Position numbers and translations under genes: made by a program. The notes under the pieces are model-generated. The model made no database searches, had not been told where the DNA came from, and worked only from the letters and a program-made list of their open reading frames with translations. From an uncultured delta proteobacterium (GTDB taxonomy: Bacteria > Desulfobacterota > Binatia > UBA9968), in contig CAVYTU010000011.1 of the NCBI GenBank assembly GCA_963771465.1, positions 160,001-224,000 on the forward strand: a stretch of 64,000 bases of DNA, in the 5' to 3' direction. This document shows, piece after piece, positions 1-9,945 of the stretch (within the stretch, counting starts at the first letter, position 1; every line of letters starts with the position of its first letter).

Positions 1-104
1 GGGTTGGCGGGAATCATCATTTTTAAACTTGGCTGCGCGTGGGCTGCGCTGGTGGCAAATACCCACGCGACGGCCACGACCAAAATAGCAAACCATTTTT
101 GCAT
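1..104 (-). CDS. TctC/Bug tripartite tricarboxylate transporter substrate-binding protein, 5' part (runs off window)
   Basis: Manual translation: MQKWFAILVVAVAWVFATSAAHAQPSLKMMIPANP; signal peptide plus the start of the TctC-type IPANPGG motif; GGAGG RBS upstream. Confidence 0.7.
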   Translation of the reverse strand, partial: MQKWFAILVVAVAWVFATSAAHAQPSLKMMIPAN

Positions 105-278
105 ACTGCCTCCTTGTGATCTTGGGGTTCTAAATACGAACCGCGTTGACGATGTATAGTAGACGACCGACAGATTGACAAGCTTCATTTCCCTTTCACT
201 TTCTTTACCAGGGCACTCGGACAAGCCCTGATGCCGGCGCGATTTGCCGCTTATTCCACCAAGCCGAGGAGTTCATTT

Positions 279-1478
279 TTACACCGCACCCGCTTGTCTA
301 AACCTCGTGATTGCGTCGTCCTGGTAGCCGAGTTCTTTGAGAATGATTGCCGTATCGGCGCCGAGTAACGGCGGCGGATTTTTAGGCTCTGGGTCGCCGC
401 TGTTAAGCTTGAAACCCGAGCGGACGACGGCGATGTCGCGATCGACGCCAACGGCGCTGTGAAATCGCTTGACCAGCTCGCGCTCGGCAATCTGCGGATG
501 GTCGAGGATTTCCGGGATCGAGAGCACTTCGCCGGCCGGGACGCCGTTCCTATTAAAGAGAACCGACCACTCGTGCGCTGGCTTGACGGACAATGCTTGC
601 TCGATTTCAGCCGTCAATTCCTGACGATATTTCTTGCGATCGTCGCGCTCGGCGAAGCGCGGATTAGTTATTAGGTCGGCGCGGCCGATCAATTGGCAAA
701 GCTTTACGAACTGGTTTTGCTCATTGGCGGCGATATTGAGCAAGCCGTCGCCGGTCTTAAATGTTCCCGACGGGCTCGCGGTCATGTTCTCGTTGCCCAT
801 CGGTTGCGGCTTGCTGCCCGCGATCAGCCAATTCGACACCGCCCAGCCCATTGTCACAAGCGTCGCTTCGAGCATCGACACGTCAATGAATTCTCCGATC
901 TTGCTGCGTTCGCGGCGAAACAGCGCGGCGGCGATGGCGAAAGCGGCGGTGATGCCGCCGACGGTATCGGCGACCGGATAGCCGACCCGGAGCGGCGCCG
1001 AGTTCTGATCGCCGGTGACACTCATCACGCCGGACAGGCCCTGAATGATCTGATCGTAAGCCGGATTGTCTTTGAGCGGGCCGGTTTGGCCAAAGCCGGA
1101 GATGGCGCAGTAAATCAATTCGGGTTTGATCTGCTTCAGCGCGTCGTAACCGAGTTCCAGCCGCGCCATCACGCCGGGGCGAAAATTTTCCACAACGACG
1201 TCCGCGCTGGCGACCAGCCGACGAAAGATTTCTTTGCCGTCGACGTGTTTCAGGTTGACCGTGATCGAGCGCTTGCCGGCGTTCTGCGCGAGAAAAGAAG
1301 CGCCCATCCGTTGTTGGTTCAATTCCACATCGGCGCCGAGCTGGCGCGCGAGGTCGCCGGTTTTAGGCAGTTCGATCTTGATCACGTCCGCGCCCAACTG
1401 AGCGAGTTGATAGCAGCAGAACGGACCGGCGAGCACGTTGGTCAAGTCGAGCACGCGAACGCCTTCGAGGAGCGGCAT
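279..1478 (-). CDS. Class III CoA-transferase (CaiB/BaiF family)
   Basis: LEGVRVLDL..LAGP, LGADVIKIE, NAGKRS, VVENFRPG, SGFGQTGP, AYD motifs. Confidence 0.95.
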   Translation of the reverse strand: MPLLEGVRVLDLTNVLAGPFCCYQLAQLGADVIKIELPKTGDLARQLGADVELNQQRMGASFLAQNAGKRSITVNLKHVDGKEIFRRLVASADVVVENFRPGVMARLELGYDALKQIKPELIYCAISGFGQTGPLKDNPAYDQIIQGLSGVMSVTGDQNSAPLRVGYPVADTVGGITAAFAIAAALFRRERSKIGEFIDVSMLEATLVTMGWAVSNWLIAGSKPQPMGNENMTASPSGTFKTGDGLLNIAANEQNQFVKLCQLIGRADLITNPRFAERDDRKKYRQELTAEIEQALSVKPAHEWSVLFNRNGVPAGEVLSIPEILDHPQIAERELVKRFHSAVGVDRDIAVVRSGFKLNSGDPEPKNPPPLLGADTAIILKELGYQDDAITRFRQAGAV

Positions 1479-1631
1479 GGCTACTTCTTAGCCTAAAGGC
1501 GGATGGGATGAAACCGTTTGTTTGCACGGAATCTGCACAGATAATCCGCCGAACCAGCACCACCGATTCATTAACCCTGCATGCGCAATTCTTACACTTG
1601 CGGCATCTCAGTATCAGAAAGGGAAATTTTT

Positions 1632-2876
1632 ATGACCAAACATATAATCGCCATCGGGCTTATCTTCATCTGCACCACGGTGGCGTGGTCGGTTCTAGGA
1701 ACGACGATATTTTCGCGCACCTACTCGTTCGACGAGTCGCTCAAAGGGCGGGTGATGTCGATCTGGGGCGCGCCGCACGTGCAAAAGCCGCCCAAGGCGA
1801 CGACGACCAAGGAAGTCGCGAAGAAGGTGGAAGTAAGCGAGAACGGCAAAACCGTCATTCGCACGGAAAAAGATTATCTGACCAGGTCGCTCGAGCTCGA
1901 AGGAAGCAAACTCAGCGTCGCTCTCGACCTTGAACATCGGCAAAAGGGGCTGTTGTGGTACGGCACTTACAAAGTCGCTTTCGCTGCCGACTACCTGCTC
2001 AAAAATAGTACGGATGTCGATAACGTGGACTTCGTGCTCCATTTGCCGACGGCCCAGGCGAGCTATGACGAAATGATTCTCACGGTAGACGGCACGCCGG
2101 TGCCGTTCGTCAACGACAAATCCTCGCTGCGCGGTGCGGCTCGCATCCCACCCGGAGAAACCGCGGTGGTGACGGTGAAGTATCGCTCGCAGGGGCTGGA
2201 TAGTTGGCGCTATCATTTCGGCGACGAGGTTTCCCAAGTGCGTAACTTCCAGCTCAAGATGACGACCAACTTCAAGGACATCGATTTTCCGGACAACACT
2301 TTGGCGCCGGCGCAGAAGCTGGAAACGAAAAATGGCTGGGAGCTGACCTGGGAATCGAAGAATTTGCTGTCGGGATTTCAGATCGGCATGATCATGCCGG
2401 AGAAATTACAGCCGGGACCGTTGGCCGGCCGCATCAGCTACTTCGCGCCGGTGTCGTTGCTGTTTTTTTTCTTCGTGATCTTCATCATCACTACGTTGCG
2501 CGGTATCGATCTCCATCCGATGAATTACTTCTTTCTGGCGTGCGCGTTTTTTGCCTTTCATCTTCTGCTCGCCTACCTGGTCGACCATATTTCGATTCAC
2601 AGTGCGTTCGTGATCTGCTCGTTGGTTTCAATGACGCTAGTGATCAGTTATCTGCGCCTGGTGGTGGGCATGCGCTTCGCCGCGGTGGAGGCCGGCTTGG
2701 CCCAGCTCATCTATTTAGTGTTGTTCTCCTACGCATTCTTTTTCAAAGGCTTCAGCGGCTTGGCCGTGACGATCGGCTCGATTATCACCTTGTTCGTGGT
2801 CATGCAGCTCACCGGACGGATTCGCTGGTCGGAGAAATTCGCCAGCCGTAACCCGGCACCCGCCCATGGCGGGTGA
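1632..2876 (+). CDS. CreD-family inner membrane protein
   Basis: N-terminal TM, periplasmic domain, six C-terminal TMs with LHPMNY..L..F.LLL.YL..HI pattern; directly upstream of a two-component pair. Confidence 0.75.
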   Translation: MTKHIIAIGLIFICTTVAWSVLGTTIFSRTYSFDESLKGRVMSIWGAPHVQKPPKATTTKEVAKKVEVSENGKTVIRTEKDYLTRSLELEGSKLSVALDLEHRQKGLLWYGTYKVAFAADYLLKNSTDVDNVDFVLHLPTAQASYDEMILTVDGTPVPFVNDKSSLRGAARIPPGETAVVTVKYRSQGLDSWRYHFGDEVSQVRNFQLKMTTNFKDIDFPDNTLAPAQKLETKNGWELTWESKNLLSGFQIGMIMPEKLQPGPLAGRISYFAPVSLLFFFFVIFIITTLRGIDLHPMNYFFLACAFFAFHLLLAYLVDHISIHSAFVICSLVSMTLVISYLRLVVGMRFAAVEAGLAQLIYLVLFSYAFFFKGFSGLAVTIGSIITLFVVMQLTGRIRWSEKFASRNPAPAHGG

Positions 2877-2919
2877 TTGGAGTTTTTCGCTTTGAGACAT
2901 TATCCTAAGCGCTAATACT

Positions 2920-3612
2920 ATGCCGACACGAATCCTGGTCGTCGATGACGACGCGCATATCCGCGAAGTAGTGCGGTTCGCCCTGGAAAAAGCCGGCTTC
3001 GACATCGTCGAAGCCGGCGACGGCCAGAAGGCGCTGGAAGTTTTTCAGCGGACAAAAGCGGACTTAATCGTGCTCGATATTACCATGCCGGAAATGGACG
3101 GTCTGGCGGTATGCCGCGAAATTCGCAAAACTTCAGACGTGCCGATTCTGTTTCTTTCATCGCGCACCGACGAAGTCGATCGCGTGGTCGGTTTGGAAGT
3201 CGGCGGCGATGACTACGTCGTTAAGCCTTTTAGTCCGCGCGAATTGGTCGCCCGCGTGCAGGCGATCTTGAAGCGTACTCGCGCCAAGTCGAGTGACGGC
3301 GCAGAAATGAAAGTGCTCAATTACGGCGGGGTGCGCCTCGACGTGCTCGGCCATGGCTCCTACTGGAAAGACAAGAAAGTCTTGTTGACCGCCACTGAAT
3401 TCTCACTTCTTAAAACATTTCTGTCTCAGCCAGAACGGGTTTTCTCGCGCGATCAATTGATGGACCTGGTCTATGCCGGCGCTGTCAACGTGAGCGACCG
3501 CACCATCGATAGCCACGTGCGAAACTTGCGCGCCAAATACGCCAAAGCCGGCTGCAAAGAGTTGATCGAGACTTTGCACGGCGTCGGTTACAAATTGGGT
3601 CCATGCCGCTGA
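2920..3612 (+). CDS. OmpR-family response regulator (CreB-like)
   Basis: ILVVDDD, LDITMPEMDG, GGDDYVVKPF, winged helix RTIDSHVRNLR, GVGY. Confidence 0.95.
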   Translation: MPTRILVVDDDAHIREVVRFALEKAGFDIVEAGDGQKALEVFQRTKADLIVLDITMPEMDGLAVCREIRKTSDVPILFLSSRTDEVDRVVGLEVGGDDYVVKPFSPRELVARVQAILKRTRAKSSDGAEMKVLNYGGVRLDVLGHGSYWKDKKVLLTATEFSLLKTFLSQPERVFSRDQLMDLVYAGAVNVSDRTIDSHVRNLRAKYAKAGCKELIETLHGVGYKLGPCR

Positions 3613-5198
3613 TGGCGAAGCAACGACGCTGGCGTTTTAAGCTGCGGACAATTCTGCTGGCGGTGAGTTTGACAGTGTTAGTCATCCCAGCGGGCGGTAT
3701 CTACATTTTTCGCATCTATGAAGGCGAACTGGTTAAGCAGAGCGAGCTGGAGTTGATCGCGCAAGCGGCGTTGATCGCGGCGCTTTACAAAAGTGAGGTT
3801 GCAACGCTGGTCAAGCTCGACGGAATGGTCGGCGCGTATGGCCGCAAAGTAAATCCACCGGCCGCGGCGGATGAGTATTTCCGACCGGTAAAACCGCAAC
3901 TCAACTTGTCCCGCTATCGCATTCGTTCGCGCCCGGCGGATGCGGCGGCCAGCGAACTTCAAGCCGATCGGTTTGCCCGGGAAGTCGGCGCGAAGCTGAC
4001 ACCGATATTGCTCGATGCCCAACGCACCAACTTGGCGGGAGTGCGGCTGCTCGATGCTCAAGGCATCGTTACGGGCGGCCGCGAAGATATCGGCAAATCG
4101 CTGGCGCATGTCAGCGAAGTTCGCGAAGCGCTGCAGGGGCGCTACGCGAGCGCCATCCGCGCGCGGACCATTCGCCGCCCGCAACCGGCGTTGGCGTCGT
4201 TTAGCCGCGGCACGGGTGTGCGAGTTTTTGTCGCCTACCCCATCACCGCGGGCGACCGCTTGTTCGGCGTAATTTTCCTATCGCGCACGCCCAACAGCAT
4301 ACTCGAACATCTTTACAGTCAAAAAGAAAAAATCGCCCTGGTGGCCGCGGTCATATTGCTATTGGTGATTCTGCTGGTCGTGCTCACCTCCTATTCCATC
4401 GCCCGGCCGCTGCACGCCTTGATCGATCAGACCAATCGCTTCGCCGGCGGTGATAAAAAAGCGTTGGAGCCCTTGCCCAGACCAGTAACCGAAGAGGTGG
4501 CGCTGCTGTCGCAAAGTTTTTCCGAGATGGCGCGGAGTCTGGAACATCGCTCGGAATATATTCGTAATTTCGCCGCGCATGTGTCCCATGAGTTCAAGAC
4601 TCCGTTAACGGCGATCCAGGGGGCGATTGAATTGCTCGAAGAACATTCACACGACATGCCGGCGGAGCAGCGCGCGCGGTTTCTCCACAATATTTCGCTT
4701 GATGCCGAGCGTCTGAAGCGCTTGGTGGATCGCTTGTTAGAAATGGCTCGCGCGGACGTGCTCGATCCCGCGGCGGGTAGGACACTGCTGGCGCCGCTGA
4801 TCGAGGGGTTGAAGAGTCGCTACCAGGATTCCGGATTGTTGATCTCATTTGCCGACGATCGAAATATCGCCGTAAAAATCGTATCCGAAGTATTGGAAAT
4901 GGTTTTCACCAACCTGATCGATAACAGCCGTCAGAATGGCGCCAAGCGGGTCGATATTCGCGTTGAGGGTGTCGGCAGAAATATTTCCATACGGGTCACA
5001 GATAACGGCCACGGGATATCTCAGGCCAATGCGGATCAGATCTTCACGCCGTTTTTTACCACTCATCGAGATGAAGGCGGCACGGGTTTAGGGTTGGGTA
5101 TCGTCCGATCGCTGCTCAAAGCTTACGGCGGCGACGTTTCACTGGAGCCGAGTTCCGGGGGAGCGGCATTCCGCATATCTGTACCCCAGGCCGAATAG
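3612..5198 (+). CDS. HAMP-domain sensor histidine kinase (CreC-like)
   Basis: Two TMs, H-box VSHEFKTPL, N-box NLIDNS, DNGHG, F-box, GTGLGL; TGATG overlap with the regulator stop. Confidence 0.95.
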   Translation: MAKQRRWRFKLRTILLAVSLTVLVIPAGGIYIFRIYEGELVKQSELELIAQAALIAALYKSEVATLVKLDGMVGAYGRKVNPPAAADEYFRPVKPQLNLSRYRIRSRPADAAASELQADRFAREVGAKLTPILLDAQRTNLAGVRLLDAQGIVTGGREDIGKSLAHVSEVREALQGRYASAIRARTIRRPQPALASFSRGTGVRVFVAYPITAGDRLFGVIFLSRTPNSILEHLYSQKEKIALVAAVILLLVILLVVLTSYSIARPLHALIDQTNRFAGGDKKALEPLPRPVTEEVALLSQSFSEMARSLEHRSEYIRNFAAHVSHEFKTPLTAIQGAIELLEEHSHDMPAEQRARFLHNISLDAERLKRLVDRLLEMARADVLDPAAGRTLLAPLIEGLKSRYQDSGLLISFADDRNIAVKIVSEVLEMVFTNLIDNSRQNGAKRVDIRVEGVGRNISIRVTDNGHGISQANADQIFTPFFTTHRDEGGTGLGLGIVRSLLKAYGGDVSLEPSSGGAAFRISVPQAE

Positions 5199-6844
5199 AA
5201 TTGCGGTGAAAGCAGTTTCCGTGCGAATTCGTCGACAAGGACTTTGCCACTATCCTGACAGGTGATTGCGCCGATCTGAGACAAGACCCGAGCGAATAGA
5301 TCGGTGCGAAATTTCCGATTCTCCACCCCGCCTCGCGCGGTCGAGAAAAATAACCGGCCGGTTTGGAAAAGCTGGTTCAGCAAGTCGAAGCCGACCTGGG
5401 TTCGTGGGTCAGAGCAATTTTGGCTTATGAGCTCCAACAAACTCGTTGGCGCGTCGAGGGACAATCCTTTGAGGAAATTCACGATGCGCGTGGTGACAAA
5501 GAGCGTGTAAATGTCGTCGCGGCAAAAGTTATCCGTCTCGATTGCAAGGGCGGTCAAGCGCGCTTTGACGAAATCAGCTTCATTCAACTCCAAACCGCGG
5601 GCGATCGGCGCACTCGGTGTTTGATAGAACGGTGAAGCGCCGAGCAGCACCGGCAGGCGCGCGTTGAACGCGAGAGTTTGAATCATGCTGTCGAGAGTTT
5701 CGTTTGGCAGACCGAGGATTTGATAAGAGACAATCTTGAAGCCGAGCTGATGGGCCTTGTCGACCACGTTCAAATAGGCTTCCAGCGTATGCGGCCGCTT
5801 GGTGGTTTCGCGCACGGTTTTGTCGGAACTGACCAGCGCGAGATTCAGATGAGAAAAGCCCGCTTGGTACATCAATTTCAATAATTCGTCGTCGAGGCTC
5901 AGGTAGCTGATGCCGTTCATGGCGACGAACTCCATCTCACGCCTGGGAAAATGCGCGATCAGGCGCCGGCAAAGTTCTTTAAACGTCTGCTTGTAGTAGG
6001 TGAGGTTGTCGTCTTCGAAGTCGATGACGCGATAGCCTTGTTGGTAGCGCAAGACAATTTCTTCGAGAACGTTTTCCAGCGAGCGGCGCCGATAGTCGGT
6101 GCCGAAAGTCGTGTGCACGGAGCAGAACGAACACTTATGCGGACAACTGCGCGAGGTGATCATGAAGGTCATCGGCTTGCCGGCGAGGGTGTAAGTTGCC
6201 GGGGCGAAGTCGCTCAGGTCGGGGATCGGTAGCTCGTCGATCGGAAAGTTGTCTTGGATCGGGTTGAGGATAAACTCGCCGAGATGCTTATACCCGAGAT
6301 TGGCAACCCGCTGGGCCGATGTCTGATTTTGCAGACAGCGCAAAAATTCAACGAATGGCTTTTCGCCTTCGCCGCGAATGATGTAGTCGACATACGGCGA
6401 CGCCAGCAGTGATTCCGGCACGGCTGATGCGTGGGAGCCGCCCATGACGACAGTGGCGTTGGTTGCTTTTTTCACCCGCGCCGCGACTTCGAGCGCCTCG
6501 CGATAGTACGGCGTGAACAATGATGAGATGCCGACGATATCCGGCTTCAACGCAGCGACGTCGGATTCGATGTCATCAAACGATCGGCCGAAGTGATAAT
6601 ACTGATGAAACGTCGAGAACGGGGATTTGTCGGCGACCGGGTAATACCCGGTCAAGTAGTACAGCTCTTTTGGAATCTGCACGGTCTTTCGCCCGCAGCC
6701 ACCGTGATAATCTTTGATGATGACTTCGATATCGGGAAGATGTTTCGCGACGGCGGCCTTCAAATAAGCCAGACCGATCGGCTGGAGCCGTACGTCGGTG
6801 TCGTAAAAATCTCGCACCGGCGGTTGGATGAGCAGAACTTTCAT
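5123..6844 (-). CDS. B12-binding radical SAM protein
   Basis: PIGLAYL, DIVGIS, GGSHAS, GEGE in the cobalamin-binding domain; CPHKCSFC (CxxxCxxC); FEDDN. Confidence 0.9.
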   Translation of the reverse strand: MKVLLIQPPVRDFYDTDVRLQPIGLAYLKAAVAKHLPDIEVIIKDYHGGCGRKTVQIPKELYYLTGYYPVADKSPFSTFHQYYHFGRSFDDIESDVAALKPDIVGISSLFTPYYREALEVAARVKKATNATVVMGGSHASAVPESLLASPYVDYIIRGEGEKPFVEFLRCLQNQTSAQRVANLGYKHLGEFILNPIQDNFPIDELPIPDLSDFAPATYTLAGKPMTFMITSRSCPHKCSFCSVHTTFGTDYRRRSLENVLEEIVLRYQQGYRVIDFEDDNLTYYKQTFKELCRRLIAHFPRREMEFVAMNGISYLSLDDELLKLMYQAGFSHLNLALVSSDKTVRETTKRPHTLEAYLNVVDKAHQLGFKIVSYQILGLPNETLDSMIQTLAFNARLPVLLGASPFYQTPSAPIARGLELNEADFVKARLTALAIETDNFCRDDIYTLFVTTRIVNFLKGLSLDAPTSLLELISQNCSDPRTQVGFDLLNQLFQTGRLFFSTARGGVENRKFRTDLFARVLSQIGAITCQDSGKVLVDEFARKLLSPQFYSAWGTDMRNAAPPELGSSETSPP

Positions 6845-6959
6845 TGGCCCTTGAGTTATATCCCAACTGTTGGCCGAGACGGAAGTAGTTGTAATGTCGA
6901 AGCATCAATACTAGATATTTTGCGAAGCTGGTGATTTGCGACCGCATTCTGGAGCGCCG

Positions 6960-8027
6960 ATGAGAATCGAAAGAGTTGAAACCAAGAAGCTCGAGATGCC
7001 TTACACCAAGCCGCTGGTGACGGCGACGAATAATTTTACCGTCGCGCGGGGTTTGCTGGTTACGGTGGGCACCAGCGGCGGCGTGGAAGGTTATGGCTAT
7101 TCGGATTTGTTCCCGCGCGCGGGGGAAACGCCGGAGACGGCGCAGCATGTGATCGAATCGGTGTTGAAGTCGAAAGTGATCGGCAAAGAGTTGGAAGACT
7201 TGGCGCGGATTCGCGCGGACATCGATCATTTCCTAACCGGCCACCCGCGCGCCAAATCCGCGCTAGAGAGCGCTATGGTTGATGCTTTGGCGCGCAGTTA
7301 CCATATTCCTCTCAGCGTCATGTTCGGCGGCAAATATCGCGGCGAGATCAAGGTGATCAAGATGGTCAGCATCGGCGATCCCGACGCGATGGCTGAGGAA
7401 GCCAAGGAGTTGGTCAGCCAAGGATTGGCGTTAAAACTCAAAGTCAGCGGCAGCATCGATAGAGATCTGCCGCGTGTTGCTGCCGTGCGAAAAGCCGTCG
7501 GCGACAGCGTCTTTATCAAGATTGACGCCAATGAAGCCTATGACGCCAAGTCAGCGATCAAACTCGCCAAGGGATTGGCCGATCTCGGCGTCGAAGTCTT
7601 CGAACAACCGGTGCCGCGCGATCAATTTGACGCGCTCTGGGAAGTGAAAAAGCATTCGCCGATCAAGATCGAAGCGGACCAGTCGTGCCGCAACTTCGCC
7701 GACGCTCAAATGTTGATCAAGAATCGCATGGTCGATTCGATCAACACCGGCATTGCCAAAGTCGGCAGCATCGGCGAAGTGCGCCGCATCGCCGAGCTGT
7801 GCGAAGCGAATGGCATCCGCTGTGCGCTATCCAACACCGCGGGCAGCATGGTCGGCGACGCGGCGGCGGTGCATCTGGCGGCGAGCACGCCGGGAATTTC
7901 TCCGCTCTGTGAGCTGGGCGAGTTCGAAGTAATCACCGGCGATCCGTTTTTCGGCTTGACCGTCGACAAGGGCAGCATCACCGTTCCTGATGGGGAAGGG
8001 TTGGGAGTGAGTCTGAGGGGATTCTAA
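6960..8027 (+). CDS. Enolase-superfamily enzyme (muconate lactonizing enzyme/dipeptide epimerase-like)
   Basis: KLK, DAN, EQP, ADQS metal ligands; C-terminal VPDGEGLG. Confidence 0.85.
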   Translation: MRIERVETKKLEMPYTKPLVTATNNFTVARGLLVTVGTSGGVEGYGYSDLFPRAGETPETAQHVIESVLKSKVIGKELEDLARIRADIDHFLTGHPRAKSALESAMVDALARSYHIPLSVMFGGKYRGEIKVIKMVSIGDPDAMAEEAKELVSQGLALKLKVSGSIDRDLPRVAAVRKAVGDSVFIKIDANEAYDAKSAIKLAKGLADLGVEVFEQPVPRDQFDALWEVKKHSPIKIEADQSCRNFADAQMLIKNRMVDSINTGIAKVGSIGEVRRIAELCEANGIRCALSNTAGSMVGDAAAVHLAASTPGISPLCELGEFEVITGDPFFGLTVDKGSITVPDGEGLGVSLRGF

Positions 8028-8030
8028 AAA

Positions 8031-8060
8031 GGATAAAGGCAAAAGGATGAAGGATGAAGG
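8031..8060. repeat. Intergenic heptamer tandem repeat
   Basis: GGATAAA GGCAAAA GGATGAA GGATGAA GG right after a stop codon. Confidence 0.7.
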
Positions 8061-8082
8061 CTGTAATGAGTGGAGGTTTTGA

Positions 8083-8778
8083 ATGAGCTCAGCTTTTGCC
8101 GTGACGATGGATAAGATCGTTGCTGATTGTAATGATCGGCTTCTCTGGGTGCCGTTTTCGAAAGACCGACTGACCAAGGAAGCGGCGCGAGTCTTGATTC
8201 AGCAGTGGTCCAGTTTTACCCGCCATAGCCGACAGTGCTGGGCCCACGTGGTCGGCAACTGTCCGCATGTCGAAGTGCGCAAGTTCATCGTCACGGAAAA
8301 TTTGTATGAAGAAGAAGCCCAGGAAGGCCACTCGCATTTCGAGATACTTGCACGCATGGGCATGGCGTTGGGATTGACGCGCGACGAGATCGTCAACGCC
8401 AAGCCACTGCCGACGACGGTTGTGACGATGCGTTGCTGGGAGGCGTTGACCAAGGACCGCACGTGGTATGAAGGACTGGCCGCGAAATCGGTGCTCGAGC
8501 GCACCAACAATCCCAACTGCGGCAACTTCTCGCATCATCAAGCCGAGCACTGGATGCGCCAGTTGGGGCTTTCAAAAGACGATACCGAATTTTGGTGGAT
8601 GCACGATTCGGTCGATCAGATTCACGGCGATGGTTCGCTTAACTTGCTGGAAAAATTTTTGACTTCCGACGCCGAGAAGCAGGCGGCATTGCAAGCGGCG
8701 GAAGAGTCGATGATGGCGTGGCAGGTTTATTTCGACGGCTTCTACTATGAAGGCCTGCGCCAATCGGGAAAGGCTTGA
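8083..8778 (+). CDS. Heme-oxygenase-like diiron oxidase (PqqC/CADD-like iron-containing redox enzyme)
   Basis: All-helical, 231 aa; NLYEEE..GHSH, LE and HDSVDQIH (H-x3-D-x2-H) match the CADD-type diiron ligand set. Confidence 0.8.
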   Translation: MSSAFAVTMDKIVADCNDRLLWVPFSKDRLTKEAARVLIQQWSSFTRHSRQCWAHVVGNCPHVEVRKFIVTENLYEEEAQEGHSHFEILARMGMALGLTRDEIVNAKPLPTTVVTMRCWEALTKDRTWYEGLAAKSVLERTNNPNCGNFSHHQAEHWMRQLGLSKDDTEFWWMHDSVDQIHGDGSLNLLEKFLTSDAEKQAALQAAEESMMAWQVYFDGFYYEGLRQSGKA

Positions 8779-8780
8779 CC

Positions 8781-9866
8781 ATGGCGAAAAAAACTTTGCA
8801 GCAATTCGACGAGGAACTGAAGCAACTGCACATCAGTGGCCAGTGGGTTTACGAAGGCTTGCTCACGGCTTGCATCGGCGGCCCGCGGCCGCGCGGCGAC
8901 GCATATCTTTGGCCGTGGAAGATGATCAGTGAAAAATTGCTCGAAGCTTGCGACGTGCTCGAAGAGAGTTTCACCGCGCGCCGCAGCCTGTTGTTCAACA
9001 ATCCGGCGCTGCCCATGGGCGGCACGACGCACACGCTATTGATGGGCATTCAAATGATCAAAGCCGGCGAGATCGCCTGGGCGCATCGCCACACTTTGGC
9101 GGCGGTCCGTTTCGTCATCAAAGGCGACGGCAAGGTCTTCACGGTCGTCAACGGCGAGAAATGTCCGATGGAGCCCAACGATTTGATTCTCACCCCGCAG
9201 TGGACCTGGCACGATCATCAGAACCCGACCACTGAAACCGCCATGTGGGTCGACGTGCTCGACGTGCCGTTTATGCTCGGCCTCAATCAGCCGTTCTATG
9301 AGCCCTATCCCGGCGACAAGCTGCAGGCGGTGCGAGAAAAACCGAGCGAGCATTTGCAGCAGCGCGCCGGTTGGGTGCGGCCGGCATGGGAAAATTCTCA
9401 GCGAGAAAATTTGCCGCTGCGCTACGCCTGGAAGGATATCGAGCCGCAATTGCGCGCCTTGGCCGATAGCGCCGGCAGCCCCTATGATGGTGTGGCGCTC
9501 GAATACATCAATCCGATGACCGGCGGCCCAACGTTGGCGACGCTCAGTTGTTGGATTCAACTCTTGCGTCCCGGCGAGCGCACCATGAAGCATCGCCATA
9601 CTTCGAGCGCGGTTTACTTCGTCGTCAGCGGCGAAGGCACGACCATCGTCGGCGATAAGCCTTTGGAATGGACAAAAAATGATTGCTTTGCCGTGCCCAA
9701 CTGGGCGTGGCATGAGCATATCAATCGCTCGAAGAGCGACGAGGCGCTATTATTTTCCGTCAACGATGCGCCCATCGTCAGCGCCTTTGGCCACTACCGC
9801 GAGGAGCCGGAAAATTCATTGCGAACGATGTCAATCCCAGCCGTGCCGGCAGCAGTGACAAAATAA
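8781..9866 (+). CDS. Bicupin ring-cleaving dioxygenase (gentisate 1,2-dioxygenase-like)
   Basis: RRSL..NP, AHRH...WHDH and KHRH...WHEH cupin motifs, YINPMTGG. Confidence 0.9.
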   Translation: MAKKTLQQFDEELKQLHISGQWVYEGLLTACIGGPRPRGDAYLWPWKMISEKLLEACDVLEESFTARRSLLFNNPALPMGGTTHTLLMGIQMIKAGEIAWAHRHTLAAVRFVIKGDGKVFTVVNGEKCPMEPNDLILTPQWTWHDHQNPTTETAMWVDVLDVPFMLGLNQPFYEPYPGDKLQAVREKPSEHLQQRAGWVRPAWENSQRENLPLRYAWKDIEPQLRALADSAGSPYDGVALEYINPMTGGPTLATLSCWIQLLRPGERTMKHRHTSSAVYFVVSGEGTTIVGDKPLEWTKNDCFAVPNWAWHEHINRSKSDEALLFSVNDAPIVSAFGHYREEPENSLRTMSIPAVPAAVTK

Positions 9867-9869
9867 CTC

Positions 9870-9909
9870 TCGTTCAAGCCGTTCAAAACGTTTTGAACGG
9901 CTTGAACGA
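9870..9909. repeat. 40-bp perfect palindrome built of 9-nt GTTCAAnnC units
   Basis: TCGTTCAAGCCGTTCAAAACGTTTTGAACGGCTTGAACGA is its own reverse complement. Confidence 0.9.
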
Positions 9910-9945
9910 TTTGAACCATTGCACTGAAGTTAGCGAAAGGAACTT

